This document shows, piece by piece, positions 40,228 to 50,659 of a stretch of DNA of 64,000 nucleotides. The first letter of the stretch is position 1. The number at the start of each line of letters is the position of its first letter. Position numbers and translations under genes: made by a program. Source of the stretch: an uncultured Rikenellaceae bacterium (GTDB lineage Bacteria; Bacteroidota; Bacteroidia; Bacteroidales; VadinHA17); the NCBI GenBank assembly GCA_964514725.1, contig CAZEUL010000020.1, positions 11,394 through 75,393 of the forward strand, given 5' to 3'. The notes beneath the pieces were generated by a model that did not search any database, was not told the origin of the DNA, and saw nothing but the letters and a program-made list of their open reading frames with translations.

Positions 40228-41472
40228 ATGAAAGACCTTCAAAGCATAAAGCAAAGGTTCGGAATTATAGGCAATTATTCAGGGTTAAACAGGGCCATTG
40301 ATATAGCTGTGCAGGTTGCACCTACCGATCTGTCTGTCCTGATAACCGGTGAAAGCGGTACAGGGAAGGAGGTATTTCCGCAGGTTATTCACAGTTATAG
40401 TACCAGAAAGCATGGACCATATATTGCTGTGAACTGTGGTGCAATACCTGAAGGTACTATAGATTCAGAACTGTTTGGTCATGAAAAAGGAGCATTTACC
40501 GGAGCCACTGAAAGCAGAAAGGGATATTTTGAGGTTGCCGATGGCGGCACTATCTTTCTGGATGAAGTGGCTGAACTCCCTCTTTCGACACAGGTAAGGC
40601 TCTTAAGAGTACTTGAAACAGGGGAATTCATTCGTGTTGGATCATCAAAAGTCCAAAAGACAAATGTGAGGGTTATTGCTGCCAGTAATGTTGATGTTGC
40701 AAAAGCAATCGAGAATGAAAAATTCAGGGAAGATCTTTTTTACAGGCTCAATACGGTGCCTATTAAAATCCCTTCACTGAGAGAGAGAGGTGAGGATATC
40801 TTTCTTCTTTTCAGAAAATTCGCTGTTGATTTTGCTGAAAAATACAGAATGCCGGCTATAAGGCTGAGCAATGAAGCAAAAAACATTCTGCTTAATTATT
40901 CCTGGCCTGGCAATGTTCGACAGCTCAAGAACATTACCGAACAGATATCAATAATTGAAAGTGAGAGGGAGATCACTCCGGAAATTCTTCAGACATATCT
41001 TCCTGATTTTTCTGTCAGCAAACTACCTGTTCTGATGAAGCAAAATGAAGAGAAATCATTTTCTACAGAACGGGAAATCATGTACAAGATACTGTTTGAC
41101 ATGAAAAGTGACATGAACGACCTGAAAAAGCTGGTCTTTGATCTGATAAAAAGAGGTGAAGCAGATATCACATTTCATGAATCAAATTCAGGAGCTCTGA
41201 AAAACCTTTTTGGTGACACTGTTCCTGAAGAAGATCTGAACGGAACCAATAAAGCCAAGGTTCAGGATTTTACCATTCATCGAGATAGAGGAAATATTCA
41301 GGATACTGAAGAAGTAGTAGAAGAATCACTTTCACTTGCAGGCAAAGAGGTTGAAATGATCAGGAAAGCTCTTGAAAAATATAATGGCAAAAGAAAGTTG
41401 GCAGCCCAGGAACTTGGGATTTCCGAGCGGACTCTGTACAGAAAAATCAAGGAGTATGGGATCGAAATGTAA
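40228..41472 (+). CDS. Sigma-54-dependent transcriptional activator (bEBP) lacking an N-terminal sensory domain
   Basis: The AAA+ core starts within about 10 residues of the N-terminus. It has Walker A GESGTGKE, the sigma-54 contact loop GAFTGA, and a C-terminal Fis-type HTH (LAAQELGISERTLYRKIKEYGI). Confidence 0.9.
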   Translation: MKDLQSIKQRFGIIGNYSGLNRAIDIAVQVAPTDLSVLITGESGTGKEVFPQVIHSYSTRKHGPYIAVNCGAIPEGTIDSELFGHEKGAFTGATESRKGYFEVADGGTIFLDEVAELPLSTQVRLLRVLETGEFIRVGSSKVQKTNVRVIAASNVDVAKAIENEKFREDLFYRLNTVPIKIPSLRERGEDIFLLFRKFAVDFAEKYRMPAIRLSNEAKNILLNYSWPGNVRQLKNITEQISIIESEREITPEILQTYLPDFSVSKLPVLMKQNEEKSFSTEREIMYKILFDMKSDMNDLKKLVFDLIKRGEADITFHESNSGALKNLFGDTVPEEDLNGTNKAKVQDFTIHRDRGNIQDTEEVVEESLSLAGKEVEMIRKALEKYNGKRKLAAQELGISERTLYRKIKEYGIEM

Positions 41473-41998
41473 GGGTTACCAAAAATATATTGTTAATAAA
41501 TTAACAATATTGTTTATTGTGCTTGCCTTTCCATTGATGAATGGTTGCAAGGTAACATATTCATTTTCAGGTGCCAGCATTTCACCCGAGGTGAAGACTC
41601 TCAGTATCCAGTATTTTCAGAACAGAGCAAGTCTGGTCCAGCCCGGATTAAGCCAGAAGCTGACAGATGCTCTTATTGATAAATGCAAATCCCAGACAAA
41701 TCTCAGCCTTATCAACGGTCTTGGGGATGTTAATTTTGAAGGTGAAATAACCGATTATAATACCCGCCCGCTGACAGTTTCTGCCGATGCTTCAGCTGCA
41801 GTAAACCGGTTTACTATTACAGTCAAGGTGAAGTTTACAAATGCTATAGATCCTGACCTGAGTTATGAGCAGTCTTTTTCAAGATATGAAGATTATGACA
41901 GTGCTCTAGATTTGAGCCAGGTCGAAGATAATCTTTCGGAAAAGATAATTGAAATGATTGTTGAAGATGTCTTTAACAGGGCTTTTGTTAACTGGTAA
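41456..41998 (+). CDS. lptE: LptE-like outer-membrane lipoprotein
   Basis: The ATG at 41456 overlaps the activator stop by 17 nt. The lipobox is FPLMNGC. Size and sequence pattern resemble the LptE family as found in Bacteroidota, and the gene context (bEBP - lptE-like - ... - secG) fits. The tracked ORF start at 41372 is rejected. Confidence 0.55.
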   Translation: MGSKCKGYQKYIVNKLTILFIVLAFPLMNGCKVTYSFSGASISPEVKTLSIQYFQNRASLVQPGLSQKLTDALIDKCKSQTNLSLINGLGDVNFEGEITDYNTRPLTVSADASAAVNRFTITVKVKFTNAIDPDLSYEQSFSRYEDYDSALDLSQVEDNLSEKIIEMIVEDVFNRAFVNW

Positions 41999-42004
41999 TA
42001 AGCC

Positions 42005-43273
42005 ATGAATAAGGATGACTTTTTAAGGCTGTTAAGTTTAGATACTCCTTTTGACCGTACCATAACAGGAGAGATCAATGAAATTGTAAATACTTTCCCA
42101 TATTTTCAAACTGCTCATTTACTCCTCCTAAAGGGTTTGAGAGAAACATCTGATGTAAAATTTGAAAGCCAGTTAAAGAGTTCCGCCATTCATATCGCTG
42201 ACAGGGAAATACTTTATAACTTACTGAATTACAAATTAAGAGAAACGGAGAAGCCTGAAATTTCGCATGAGAAGGAAGCGGTGGAGGCAATAGAAAAAGC
42301 TCAGGAATCACCACAACATGTTTCCGAAATATCAGAAGAATATACTGAAAAACAAGAAACTCCTGTTGAAATTGCTTCTACAGTTGAAGAAACAGTTGAA
42401 AAGGTTTCATCTGACCAGCCTGTGACTGACTCTTTTGCCAAAGAATCTGAAGAGGCTGCCTTTCCTGAACCAATTAAGATTGATACAAGCGTCGATAATG
42501 AACAGGTTGTGATAGAATCAGCAATGAACAGTGATGAGCTGATAGATAAGTATGAAACCGGTGAAGGCGAAAAACCAGCAGAAAATCAGGTAAGATTTGA
42601 CGAATATATGATTGGTCGATCAATCTATTATTCTACAGTTGTTGATGAAGAAGCAGAAAACAATGTTTTCGTATTTGAAGAGGAGACTGCACCTGTCGAG
42701 GAGGAAATATTTTACATGGATCCTGGTTTTGCGGTTGGGGAGAAAGAAGATCTGGGGAAAAAGGAAGTCACTTCAACTGATAAGGGTCTGTCTGATAAAG
42801 ATTCATCATTTGAATATTTGTCCGGAACTTTAAAAATCACTGAATCGGAATATGGACCTGAATCCGAATCAGTTTCTGGATCTGAAATTGAAATTGTACC
42901 AGTACAGGAACCGGTCTCTGACATAAGCGAGGAAAAAATCCCTCAGGTGACACCGACTGAGAAAGCCCAGACTGCTGAGATAAAAAGCAGTATTCACAGA
43001 AAATCGCAGGCTGAACTCATTGACAAATTTATTTCGGCAAATCCCCGAATTGAACCCATTCGTGAGAAGGCCGGAGTGCAGAATGAAGATTTAGCCCGAC
43101 CCTTTACTGAAGAAAAAGGTAGTTTTATTACAGAAACACTTGCAAAAATCTATGTAAATCAAGGTTATTATTCGAAGGCAATAGATATTTATGAAAAATT
43201 ATGTTTGAAATTTCCCGAAAAAAGCAGTTACTTTGCGTCTCAAATTGAAAGAATAAAAGGGATAATAAAATAA
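42005..43273 (+). CDS. Hypothetical protein with a conserved N-terminus, a long acidic low-complexity centre and a C-terminal TPR-like motif
   Basis: 422 aa. The N-terminus is FPYFQTAHLLLLKGL, the centre is about 250 aa of E/S/V-rich sequence, and the C-terminus is AKIYVNQGYYSKAIDIYEKLCLKFPEKSSYF. Confidence 0.6.
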   Translation: MNKDDFLRLLSLDTPFDRTITGEINEIVNTFPYFQTAHLLLLKGLRETSDVKFESQLKSSAIHIADREILYNLLNYKLRETEKPEISHEKEAVEAIEKAQESPQHVSEISEEYTEKQETPVEIASTVEETVEKVSSDQPVTDSFAKESEEAAFPEPIKIDTSVDNEQVVIESAMNSDELIDKYETGEGEKPAENQVRFDEYMIGRSIYYSTVVDEEAENNVFVFEEETAPVEEEIFYMDPGFAVGEKEDLGKKEVTSTDKGLSDKDSSFEYLSGTLKITESEYGPESESVSGSEIEIVPVQEPVSDISEEKIPQVTPTEKAQTAEIKSSIHRKSQAELIDKFISANPRIEPIREKAGVQNEDLARPFTEEKGSFITETLAKIYVNQGYYSKAIDIYEKLCLKFPEKSSYFASQIERIKGIIK

Positions 43274-43280
43274 GACAGAA

Positions 43281-43649
43281 ATGGGAATTTACATATTTGT
43301 TTCAATATTGGTAATAATTGCATGTGTCCTTCAGATAATGATAGTCCTTGTACAGAATTCTAAAGGAGGCGGTCTTGCTGCCAATTTCACATCAGCCGGT
43401 CAATCTATGGGAATCAGAAAAACAGCTGATTTTCTGGAGAAATCCACATGGACTCTTGCAGGAACCATTTTAGTGTTGTGTGTTGTAGCCACCGCAACTA
43501 TACCAAGAGGTACGGGAAATCAACGCTCAAGGATTGAAAGCCAGATTCAGAATGCAGTTGATCCCAATGCTATACCTACTCTTCCGACAGCTGTTCCTCA
43601 AAGTACCACAACAACTTCAACCGAGGATAAGGAAAAACAATCAAATTAG
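43281..43649 (+). CDS. secG: Preprotein translocase subunit SecG
   Basis: 122 aa with two TM segments and the LVQNSKGGGLAANF motif. Confidence 0.85.
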   Translation: MGIYIFVSILVIIACVLQIMIVLVQNSKGGGLAANFTSAGQSMGIRKTADFLEKSTWTLAGTILVLCVVATATIPRGTGNQRSRIESQIQNAVDPNAIPTLPTAVPQSTTTTSTEDKEKQSN

Positions 43650-43673
43650 GAAAAAATAAATAATCCAAATAGA

Positions 43674-43706
43674 AGTGTCAGTTTGTCATAAGCTGACACT
43701 TTTTTG
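43674..43706 (+). terminator. Intrinsic terminator after secG
   Basis: AGTGTCAG-(11-nt loop)-CTGACACT followed by TTTTTTG. Confidence 0.75.
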
Positions 43707-43832
43707 TTTTATTTTGTAAATCATTAAATAGCAAAGAGTTATACAGATATTTAATTCTGTTTGTTAAAAATCTGCCATTAACGATAAGATAAAATGTCGG
43801 CTATTTAACCATCCTGTCTGAGATTTTGCCTT

Positions 43833-43848
43833 TGGCATAAATTATGCT
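43833..43848 (+). promoter_or_regulatory. Sigma-54-type -24/-12 promoter-like element upstream of groES
   Basis: TGGCATAAATTATGCT places GG and GC at the exact consensus spacing of TGGCACG-N4-TTGCW. It ends 48 nt before the groES ATG. I found no TAnnTTTG box in 43707-43895. Confidence 0.45.
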
Positions 43849-43895
43849 AAAAAGACAAGTCAGAAAATCATGTTTAACTTTAAAACTAAATAGAA

Positions 43896-44174
43896 ATGGC
43901 ACAATTAAAAGGAAAAGTATTAGCTGGGAAGGTTCTAGTAAAACCTCACGAAGCTGAAGCAAAAACTGCAAGTGGCATAATTATTCCCGATTCAGCAAAG
44001 GAAAAACCTCGTCAGGGCACAGTTGTAATGGTAGGCGCTGCAAAGAAAGATGAAGAGATGGAAGTTAAGAAGGGTGATGTTGTACTTTATGGTAAATATT
44101 CAGGACAGGAGCTTACAATAGACAATGTTGATTATCTTCTTATATCACAATCAGATATTTTATTCATAGCATAA
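43896..44174 (+). CDS. groES: Co-chaperonin GroES
   Basis: 92 aa with the GIIIPDSAKEKP mobile loop, immediately upstream of groEL. Confidence 0.95.
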   Translation: MAQLKGKVLAGKVLVKPHEAEAKTASGIIIPDSAKEKPRQGTVVMVGAAKKDEEMEVKKGDVVLYGKYSGQELTIDNVDYLLISQSDILFIA

Positions 44175-44182
44175 TAATCTAA

Positions 44183-45838
<1,656 letters not shown>

Positions 45839-45860
45839 TAGACCAATTAAGCAGAATTTA

Positions 45861-46028
45861 GTAGAGGCTGTATCAAACTCCTTTCGGTGACTTTGTTCTA
45901 CCCTCTGAGTACCTAGTGGTTATTTATAAACCACTGAACCTCAGATCCCAGGTACTTGGGAATATTGACGGGCACAAAGGTCGCCAAAGAGAAAAAGCCA
46001 ACAAAAACACTTTTGATACAGCCTCTAC
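45861..46028 (+). other. 168-nt extended imperfect palindrome (rod-like RNA/DNA structure) between groEL and lepA
   Basis: A perfect 17-bp outer stem pairs GTAGAGGCTGTATCAAA (45861-45877) with TTTGATACAGCCTCTAC (46012-46028). Nested inner helices are 45886-45896/45974-45985, 45907-45914/45950-45957, and an apical hairpin 45915-45921/45929-45935. The large bulges are all on the 3' side. Confidence 0.6.
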
Positions 46029-46037
46029 ATATTTTTA

Positions 46038-46045
46038 TATATTTG
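46038..46045 (+). promoter_or_regulatory. Candidate sigmaA -7 box (TATATTTG) for lepA
   Basis: Exact TAnnTTTG match, 27 nt upstream of the lepA ATG at 46072. A TTTG at 46012-46015 is a possible -33 element. Confidence 0.45.
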
Positions 46046-46071
46046 CACCTGATCAAAAGAAAGATTCCTTG

Positions 46072-47859
46072 ATGCATAACATCCGCAACTTCTGTATAAT
46101 CGCACATATTGATCATGGTAAGAGTACTCTTGCTGACAGGTTATTGGAAAAGACCAATACGATAAACGAAAGGGATTTTCAGGACCAGGTACTTGATAAT
46201 ATGGAACTGGAGAGGGAAAGAGGCATCACAATAAAGAGTCATGCCATACAAATGGAGTACCAATTAAATGGATCAAAATATATTCTTAATCTTATTGATA
46301 CTCCGGGGCATGTGGATTTTTCGTATGAGGTTTCGCGTTCAATAGCAGCGTGTGAAGGTGCCCTGCTGGTAATCGATGCCACCCAGGGAATTCAGGCGCA
46401 GACCATTTCTAACCTCTATATGGCCATTGATCATAATCTTGAAATTATTCCTGTGCTCAATAAAATGGATATGGCTAATGCAATGCCAGAAGAGGTAAAA
46501 GATCAGATTGTAGATCTCGTTGGTTGTAACAGGGAGGATATTATAGAAGCGAGTGCAAGAACCGGTTTAGGAATTGACAGGATATTAAATGAAATTGTTA
46601 ACCGGATTCCTCCTCCTGCCGGTGATCCTGATGCCCCTCTTCAGGCATTAATCTTTGATTCGATCTTTAATTCCTTCAGAGGTATTATTGCCTATTTCAA
46701 AATTGTCAATGGCACACTTAGAAAAGGAGACCGGGTTAAATTTGTAAGTACAGGTCATGAATACAATGCTGAAGAAATAGGTGTACTGAAACTTAAGCAG
46801 GATCCACGTGATGAGCTTGGTGCCGGCGACGTTGGATACATAATTTCAGGTATAAAAGCATCTTCAGAAGTGAAAGTAGGAGACACAATAACCCATGTAA
46901 AAAATCCTTGTGACAAAGGCATTTCAGGTTTCGAGGATGTCAAGCCAATGGTTTTTGCGGGATTGTATCCTGTTGATGCTGATGACTATGAGGATCTCAG
47001 AAGTTCGATTGAAAAGCTCCAGCTAAACGATGCCTCATTGTCATTCGTGCCTGAGTCATCAGCCGCCCTTGGTTTTGGTTTCAGATGCGGATTCCTGGGT
47101 TTACTGCATATGGAAATCATTCAGGAACGCCTCGACCGCGAGTTTGATATGGATGTAATAACCACTGTTCCTAACGTTTCGTTTAAGGTTTTTACTACAA
47201 AAGGGGAGGAGATAGATGTTCATAATCCTTCAGGGATGCCCCCCGTAAATTATATTGAACGTGTTGAGGAACCCTATATTATTGCACAGGTTATTACCCT
47301 TGCCGATTATGTAGGTTCAATAATGAAACTTTGTATTGATAAAAGAGGAACTCTGAAGAATCAGGTTTATCTGACACGCGACAGAGTTGAACTTACTTTT
47401 GAGATGCCTTTGTCGGAAATTGTGTTTGACTTTTATGATAAACTTAAAAGCATTTCAAAAGGATATGCCTCATTTGACTATTATTATTCTTCCTACAAGA
47501 AGGCTGATCTTGTCAGACTTGATATTCTCCTGAATGGTGAAATGGTTGATGCCTTATCAACCCTCATTTACAGGGGACATGCTTATGACTTTGGAAGGAA
47601 GATGTGTGTAAAGCTTAAAGAGCTAATTCCGCGTCAGCAATTTGATATTGCCATTCAGGCTGCAATTGGAGCAAAGATAATTTCAAGGGAAACTGTTAAG
47701 GCAGTCCGAAAGGATGTAACTGCCAAATGCTATGGAGGTGATATTACAAGAAAAAGGAAACTGCTTGAAAAACAAAAGAAAGGTAAAAAAAGGATGAGGC
47801 AGATAGGAAATGTTGAGGTTCCTCAGCAGGCTTTCCTTGCAGTTCTAAAACTTGATTAA
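46072..47859 (+). CDS. lepA: Translation elongation factor 4 (LepA)
   Basis: It starts [25 protein letters not shown] and has [12 protein letters not shown] and the LepA C-terminal domain. About 595 aa from the ATG at 46072. The upstream 52 codons of the tracked ORF are rejected. Confidence 0.95.
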   Translation: MHNIRNFCIIAHIDHGKSTLADRLLEKTNTINERDFQDQVLDNMELERERGITIKSHAIQMEYQLNGSKYILNLIDTPGHVDFSYEVSRSIAACEGALLVIDATQGIQAQTISNLYMAIDHNLEIIPVLNKMDMANAMPEEVKDQIVDLVGCNREDIIEASARTGLGIDRILNEIVNRIPPPAGDPDAPLQALIFDSIFNSFRGIIAYFKIVNGTLRKGDRVKFVSTGHEYNAEEIGVLKLKQDPRDELGAGDVGYIISGIKASSEVKVGDTITHVKNPCDKGISGFEDVKPMVFAGLYPVDADDYEDLRSSIEKLQLNDASLSFVPESSAALGFGFRCGFLGLLHMEIIQERLDREFDMDVITTVPNVSFKVFTTKGEEIDVHNPSGMPPVNYIERVEEPYIIAQVITLADYVGSIMKLCIDKRGTLKNQVYLTRDRVELTFEMPLSEIVFDFYDKLKSISKGYASFDYYYSSYKKADLVRLDILLNGEMVDALSTLIYRGHAYDFGRKMCVKLKELIPRQQFDIAIQAAIGAKIISRETVKAVRKDVTAKCYGGDITRKRKLLEKQKKGKKRMRQIGNVEVPQQAFLAVLKLD

Positions 47860-48003
47860 CTAATTTCGGGGCGAATTTTGTTCAATTCAAGGCAAATTAA
47901 AGATTTTCAGAGAGCTATGCTTTGTTTTAAAAAAATGATTATTTTAGTGCCCGGAGAATGGGGATTTTAAAATATCAAACCCTTCAATCTAACCTAAACA
48001 TGC

Positions 48004-48042
48004 TACCCTGACCAGATTTTAATCCGGTCAGGGTATATTTTT
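48004..48042 (+). terminator. Intrinsic terminator after lepA (convergent with the response-regulator gene)
   Basis: TACCCTGACC-(12-nt loop)-GGTCAGGGTA followed by TATTTTT. Confidence 0.7.
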
Positions 48043-48724
48043 AACAGATTAACCTGTATCCTCTTCCATGGATGTTTAGTATTTTCACTGAAGGATCTTT
48101 CTGCAGGTACTTTCTCAATCTTGTAATGTAAACATCCATACTTCTGGCATTAAAGTAGTTGTCATCAATCCAGATGCTTCTCAGGGCGTAATTGCGTTCC
48201 AAAATTTCATTTTTATGCTGGCATAGCAGTTTTAGAAGTTCTGATTCCTTCGTTGTCAGACTTGTTGTACTTTCTCCCAGAGTAAGAAGTTGTCTTCGGG
48301 GATCAAATGAATATTCTCCTATTACGAATGAATCTTCCTCCTTTGACGCGTCTGGAACAGAAGTTCGCCGTAGTATCGCTTCAATCCTGTAAAGAAGTTC
48401 TTCCATTGAAAATGGTTTTGTAATATAATCGTCTGCTCCTGTTTTAAATCCTTCAATTATATCCTCTTTTTGATTCTTTGCGGTGAGAAAAATTATAGGT
48501 ATTGAAGGATTGATATTGCGTATTGCTTTAGCTAAAGCAAGTCCATCCATCTCGGGCATCATTATATCAATTATGCAAAGATCGAATGAAGCAGAAGAAA
48601 ATAATTTTAGAGCCGACTTACCTGTCGTTGCCAGAGTTGCGCTGTAGTTTTTTGCAGCAAGATAGGTTCTAAGCAAAGATCCCAGGTTGCTATCATCTTC
48701 AGCAAGAAGAATATTTTTGTTCAT
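48041..48724 (-). CDS. OmpR-family response regulator
   Basis: 227 aa with receiver Asp residues (EDD..., DIMMPEMDG) and a winged-helix C-terminus (VYITRLRKYL..., HGRGYRL). Confidence 0.9.
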   Translation of the reverse strand: MNKNILLAEDDSNLGSLLRTYLAAKNYSATLATTGKSALKLFSSASFDLCIIDIMMPEMDGLALAKAIRNINPSIPIIFLTAKNQKEDIIEGFKTGADDYITKPFSMEELLYRIEAILRRTSVPDASKEEDSFVIGEYSFDPRRQLLTLGESTTSLTTKESELLKLLCQHKNEILERNYALRSIWIDDNYFNARSMDVYITRLRKYLQKDPSVKILNIHGRGYRLIC

Positions 48725-50277
48725 TTTACTCCGTTTTGTGGGATAAACAATATGAATTTGGTTCCTTTATTTATCTGACTTTCTGCCTTTATTTTACCAT
48801 TATGCTCCTGAATTATTTTTTTAACATAAGTTAAACCAAGGCCGAAGCCTTTTACATTATGCACATTCCCTGAATGCACTCTGTAGAATTTATCATAGAT
48901 CCTTCTTAAATTTTCCCTTGCAATTCCAATACCTTTATCCTCAATTGTAATATTAATCCCTTTGCTGGTGTTATAGGTTGATATTGTAATTTCGGGTTTG
49001 TCGCGTGAGTACTTAATAGCATTATCAATCAGGTTTGAAATCGCATTCAAAAAATGGATCTCATCTATCATAACGACAGGGTTTTCTGCTCTGAAATCTT
49101 TTTTTATGGATCCAGAAAGGCTTTGTATCTGCAGTGAGAAATTGTCTATGGCCTTGCTGATCAAATCATGTATGTCCGTCAATGACGGATCAAATCTGGC
49201 TTTCATTTTTTCAAATATTGCCATCTGCAGTACTTTTTCCACCTGAAATTTCAATCTCATGCTTTCATCGGTAATAACTTTCGCAAGGTGGTCAATATTC
49301 TTGTTTTTTGAAGAGATACTTTTATCAGCAAGCATCTGGGAAGCAAGGGAGATTGTTGATATCGGGGTTTTCAGTTCATGAGTCATATTGTTTATGAAAT
49401 CATTCCTTATTTCCGATATTTTTTTCTGACGGAAAATCACAATAAAAGTTCCTGTAGAAAGAATTATTAAAAGTACCGTAAAAAGCAAGGAAAGAATACC
49501 GAGGCTGCCGATTTTTTCAAATTTGTATTGATTTTCCTGATGGCAGTACATAACAATCTGATTTTGACCAGGGACGGGATCATTTGGGAAAAGCTGAATA
49601 ATAAACTTGTTTGTTCCGGGTTTATCTGTAAATCCTGGAGTACTCCATAAGGTTCCCAATCGACCTGATCTGATCGAAAATTCATAATCAAGATGAATCC
49701 CTACATTATTAAGAGCGGTTCTTATCTCCTTGTTTATTTTTTCCGGTGCAATGCGGTCCCTTATGTCAGGAGTGTTATGCAGAATATTCTGCATAACACT
49801 CTCAAGGAAAATGATTTTATTACTTACCCTGCCTGTCAGTCCGGCACTGATAGTCTGGGCTGAAGGTTCTGTTATTTCTTCATCAGGAATAGGAGAAATC
49901 TCTTTAGCTGAAATATATATTTTTTGTCCTGCATTAGTGATTATGATTGGTTTATCAGCATTTCCGATACCATAGTCTTTTACAAGCTTGGAGTCGGGCT
50001 TGTAACCCTTAAGTTTTTTTGCCAGTGGTGAGTTGGCGGGTACAATGGCTGTTACAGAATCGGACGATTCAGGATCTATTTCCTCAAGAATGCGGTCTAT
50101 CAGTTCCTGTTCTTCAAGGGCAAGGACGACAGATTCGAGGGCTTTGTTCGCATTATACCTGAATTGCTGATCTGTTATGGCAATTGCGTTCTTGATCCAG
50201 TTCAACTGGATAAGGATTAATCCTGAGATCGCCAGGAAGAAAAGTACTGCCAATGATACAATCGTTTTCCTTTTCAC
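48721..50277 (-). CDS. Sensor histidine kinase
   Basis: 518 aa with two TM segments flanking an extracytoplasmic domain of about 230 aa, the H-box HELKTPIS, an N-box and G-boxes (GFGLGL). It overlaps the response-regulator gene by 4 nt. Confidence 0.9.
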   Translation of the reverse strand: MKRKTIVSLAVLFFLAISGLILIQLNWIKNAIAITDQQFRYNANKALESVVLALEEQELIDRILEEIDPESSDSVTAIVPANSPLAKKLKGYKPDSKLVKDYGIGNADKPIIITNAGQKIYISAKEISPIPDEEITEPSAQTISAGLTGRVSNKIIFLESVMQNILHNTPDIRDRIAPEKINKEIRTALNNVGIHLDYEFSIRSGRLGTLWSTPGFTDKPGTNKFIIQLFPNDPVPGQNQIVMYCHQENQYKFEKIGSLGILSLLFTVLLIILSTGTFIVIFRQKKISEIRNDFINNMTHELKTPISTISLASQMLADKSISSKNKNIDHLAKVITDESMRLKFQVEKVLQMAIFEKMKARFDPSLTDIHDLISKAIDNFSLQIQSLSGSIKKDFRAENPVVMIDEIHFLNAISNLIDNAIKYSRDKPEITISTYNTSKGINITIEDKGIGIARENLRRIYDKFYRVHSGNVHNVKGFGLGLTYVKKIIQEHNGKIKAESQINKGTKFILFIPQNGVK

Positions 50278-50646
50278 ACGAAAATGACATTATTGTATTG
50301 CTCTAAATTAGTTTGTTCGTGTGCAACCTTCATGGTTGTAATTCATCTACATAACCTTTTGTGGTTTTTTAACTTGAAGGTTTCATATAGGTACAAAGGT
50401 AATTGGATATTGGTTGATTTACCTGTACTTTAACTTATTTTAACAGCTATCTCTTAGGCTTATTCCTAAAGTGACTTAGTCTACAATTCAATTAATGTTA
50501 ATCGCTGATTAGATTTTGATCAGTCAGAGAATAATAGTTCTCGTTCTGGTAAACCACGGTATTAAAAATTAGTTATCAAAAATTTAAAAAAATGTTAATT
50601 TTCAGATATTTAGAGTTAACTGCTTTTTTGGTTTAGATAGGTTAAT

Positions 50647-50654
50647 TATCTTTG
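50647..50654 (+). promoter_or_regulatory. Candidate sigmaA -7 box (TATCTTTG) with no downstream CDS
   Basis: Exact TAnnTTTG match, with TTTG at 50627-50630 upstream. About 85 nt downstream lies a strong + strand terminator. Confidence 0.35.
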
Positions 50655-50659
50655 CAGAT

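Noticed and set aside
41372-41455. Upstream part of the tracked 208-aa ORF overlapping the 3' end of the sigma-54 activator gene
   Set aside because: It is out of frame inside a well-supported CDS. The lipoprotein signal peptide begins only after the ATG at 41456.
45913-46116. 52-codon N-terminal extension of lepA (from 45916), and a 67-aa minus-strand ORF over the same DNA
   Set aside because: LepA homologues begin at [19 protein letters not shown] (ATG 46072). The extension runs through the palindromic element and the predicted lepA promoter. Both are chance open frames.
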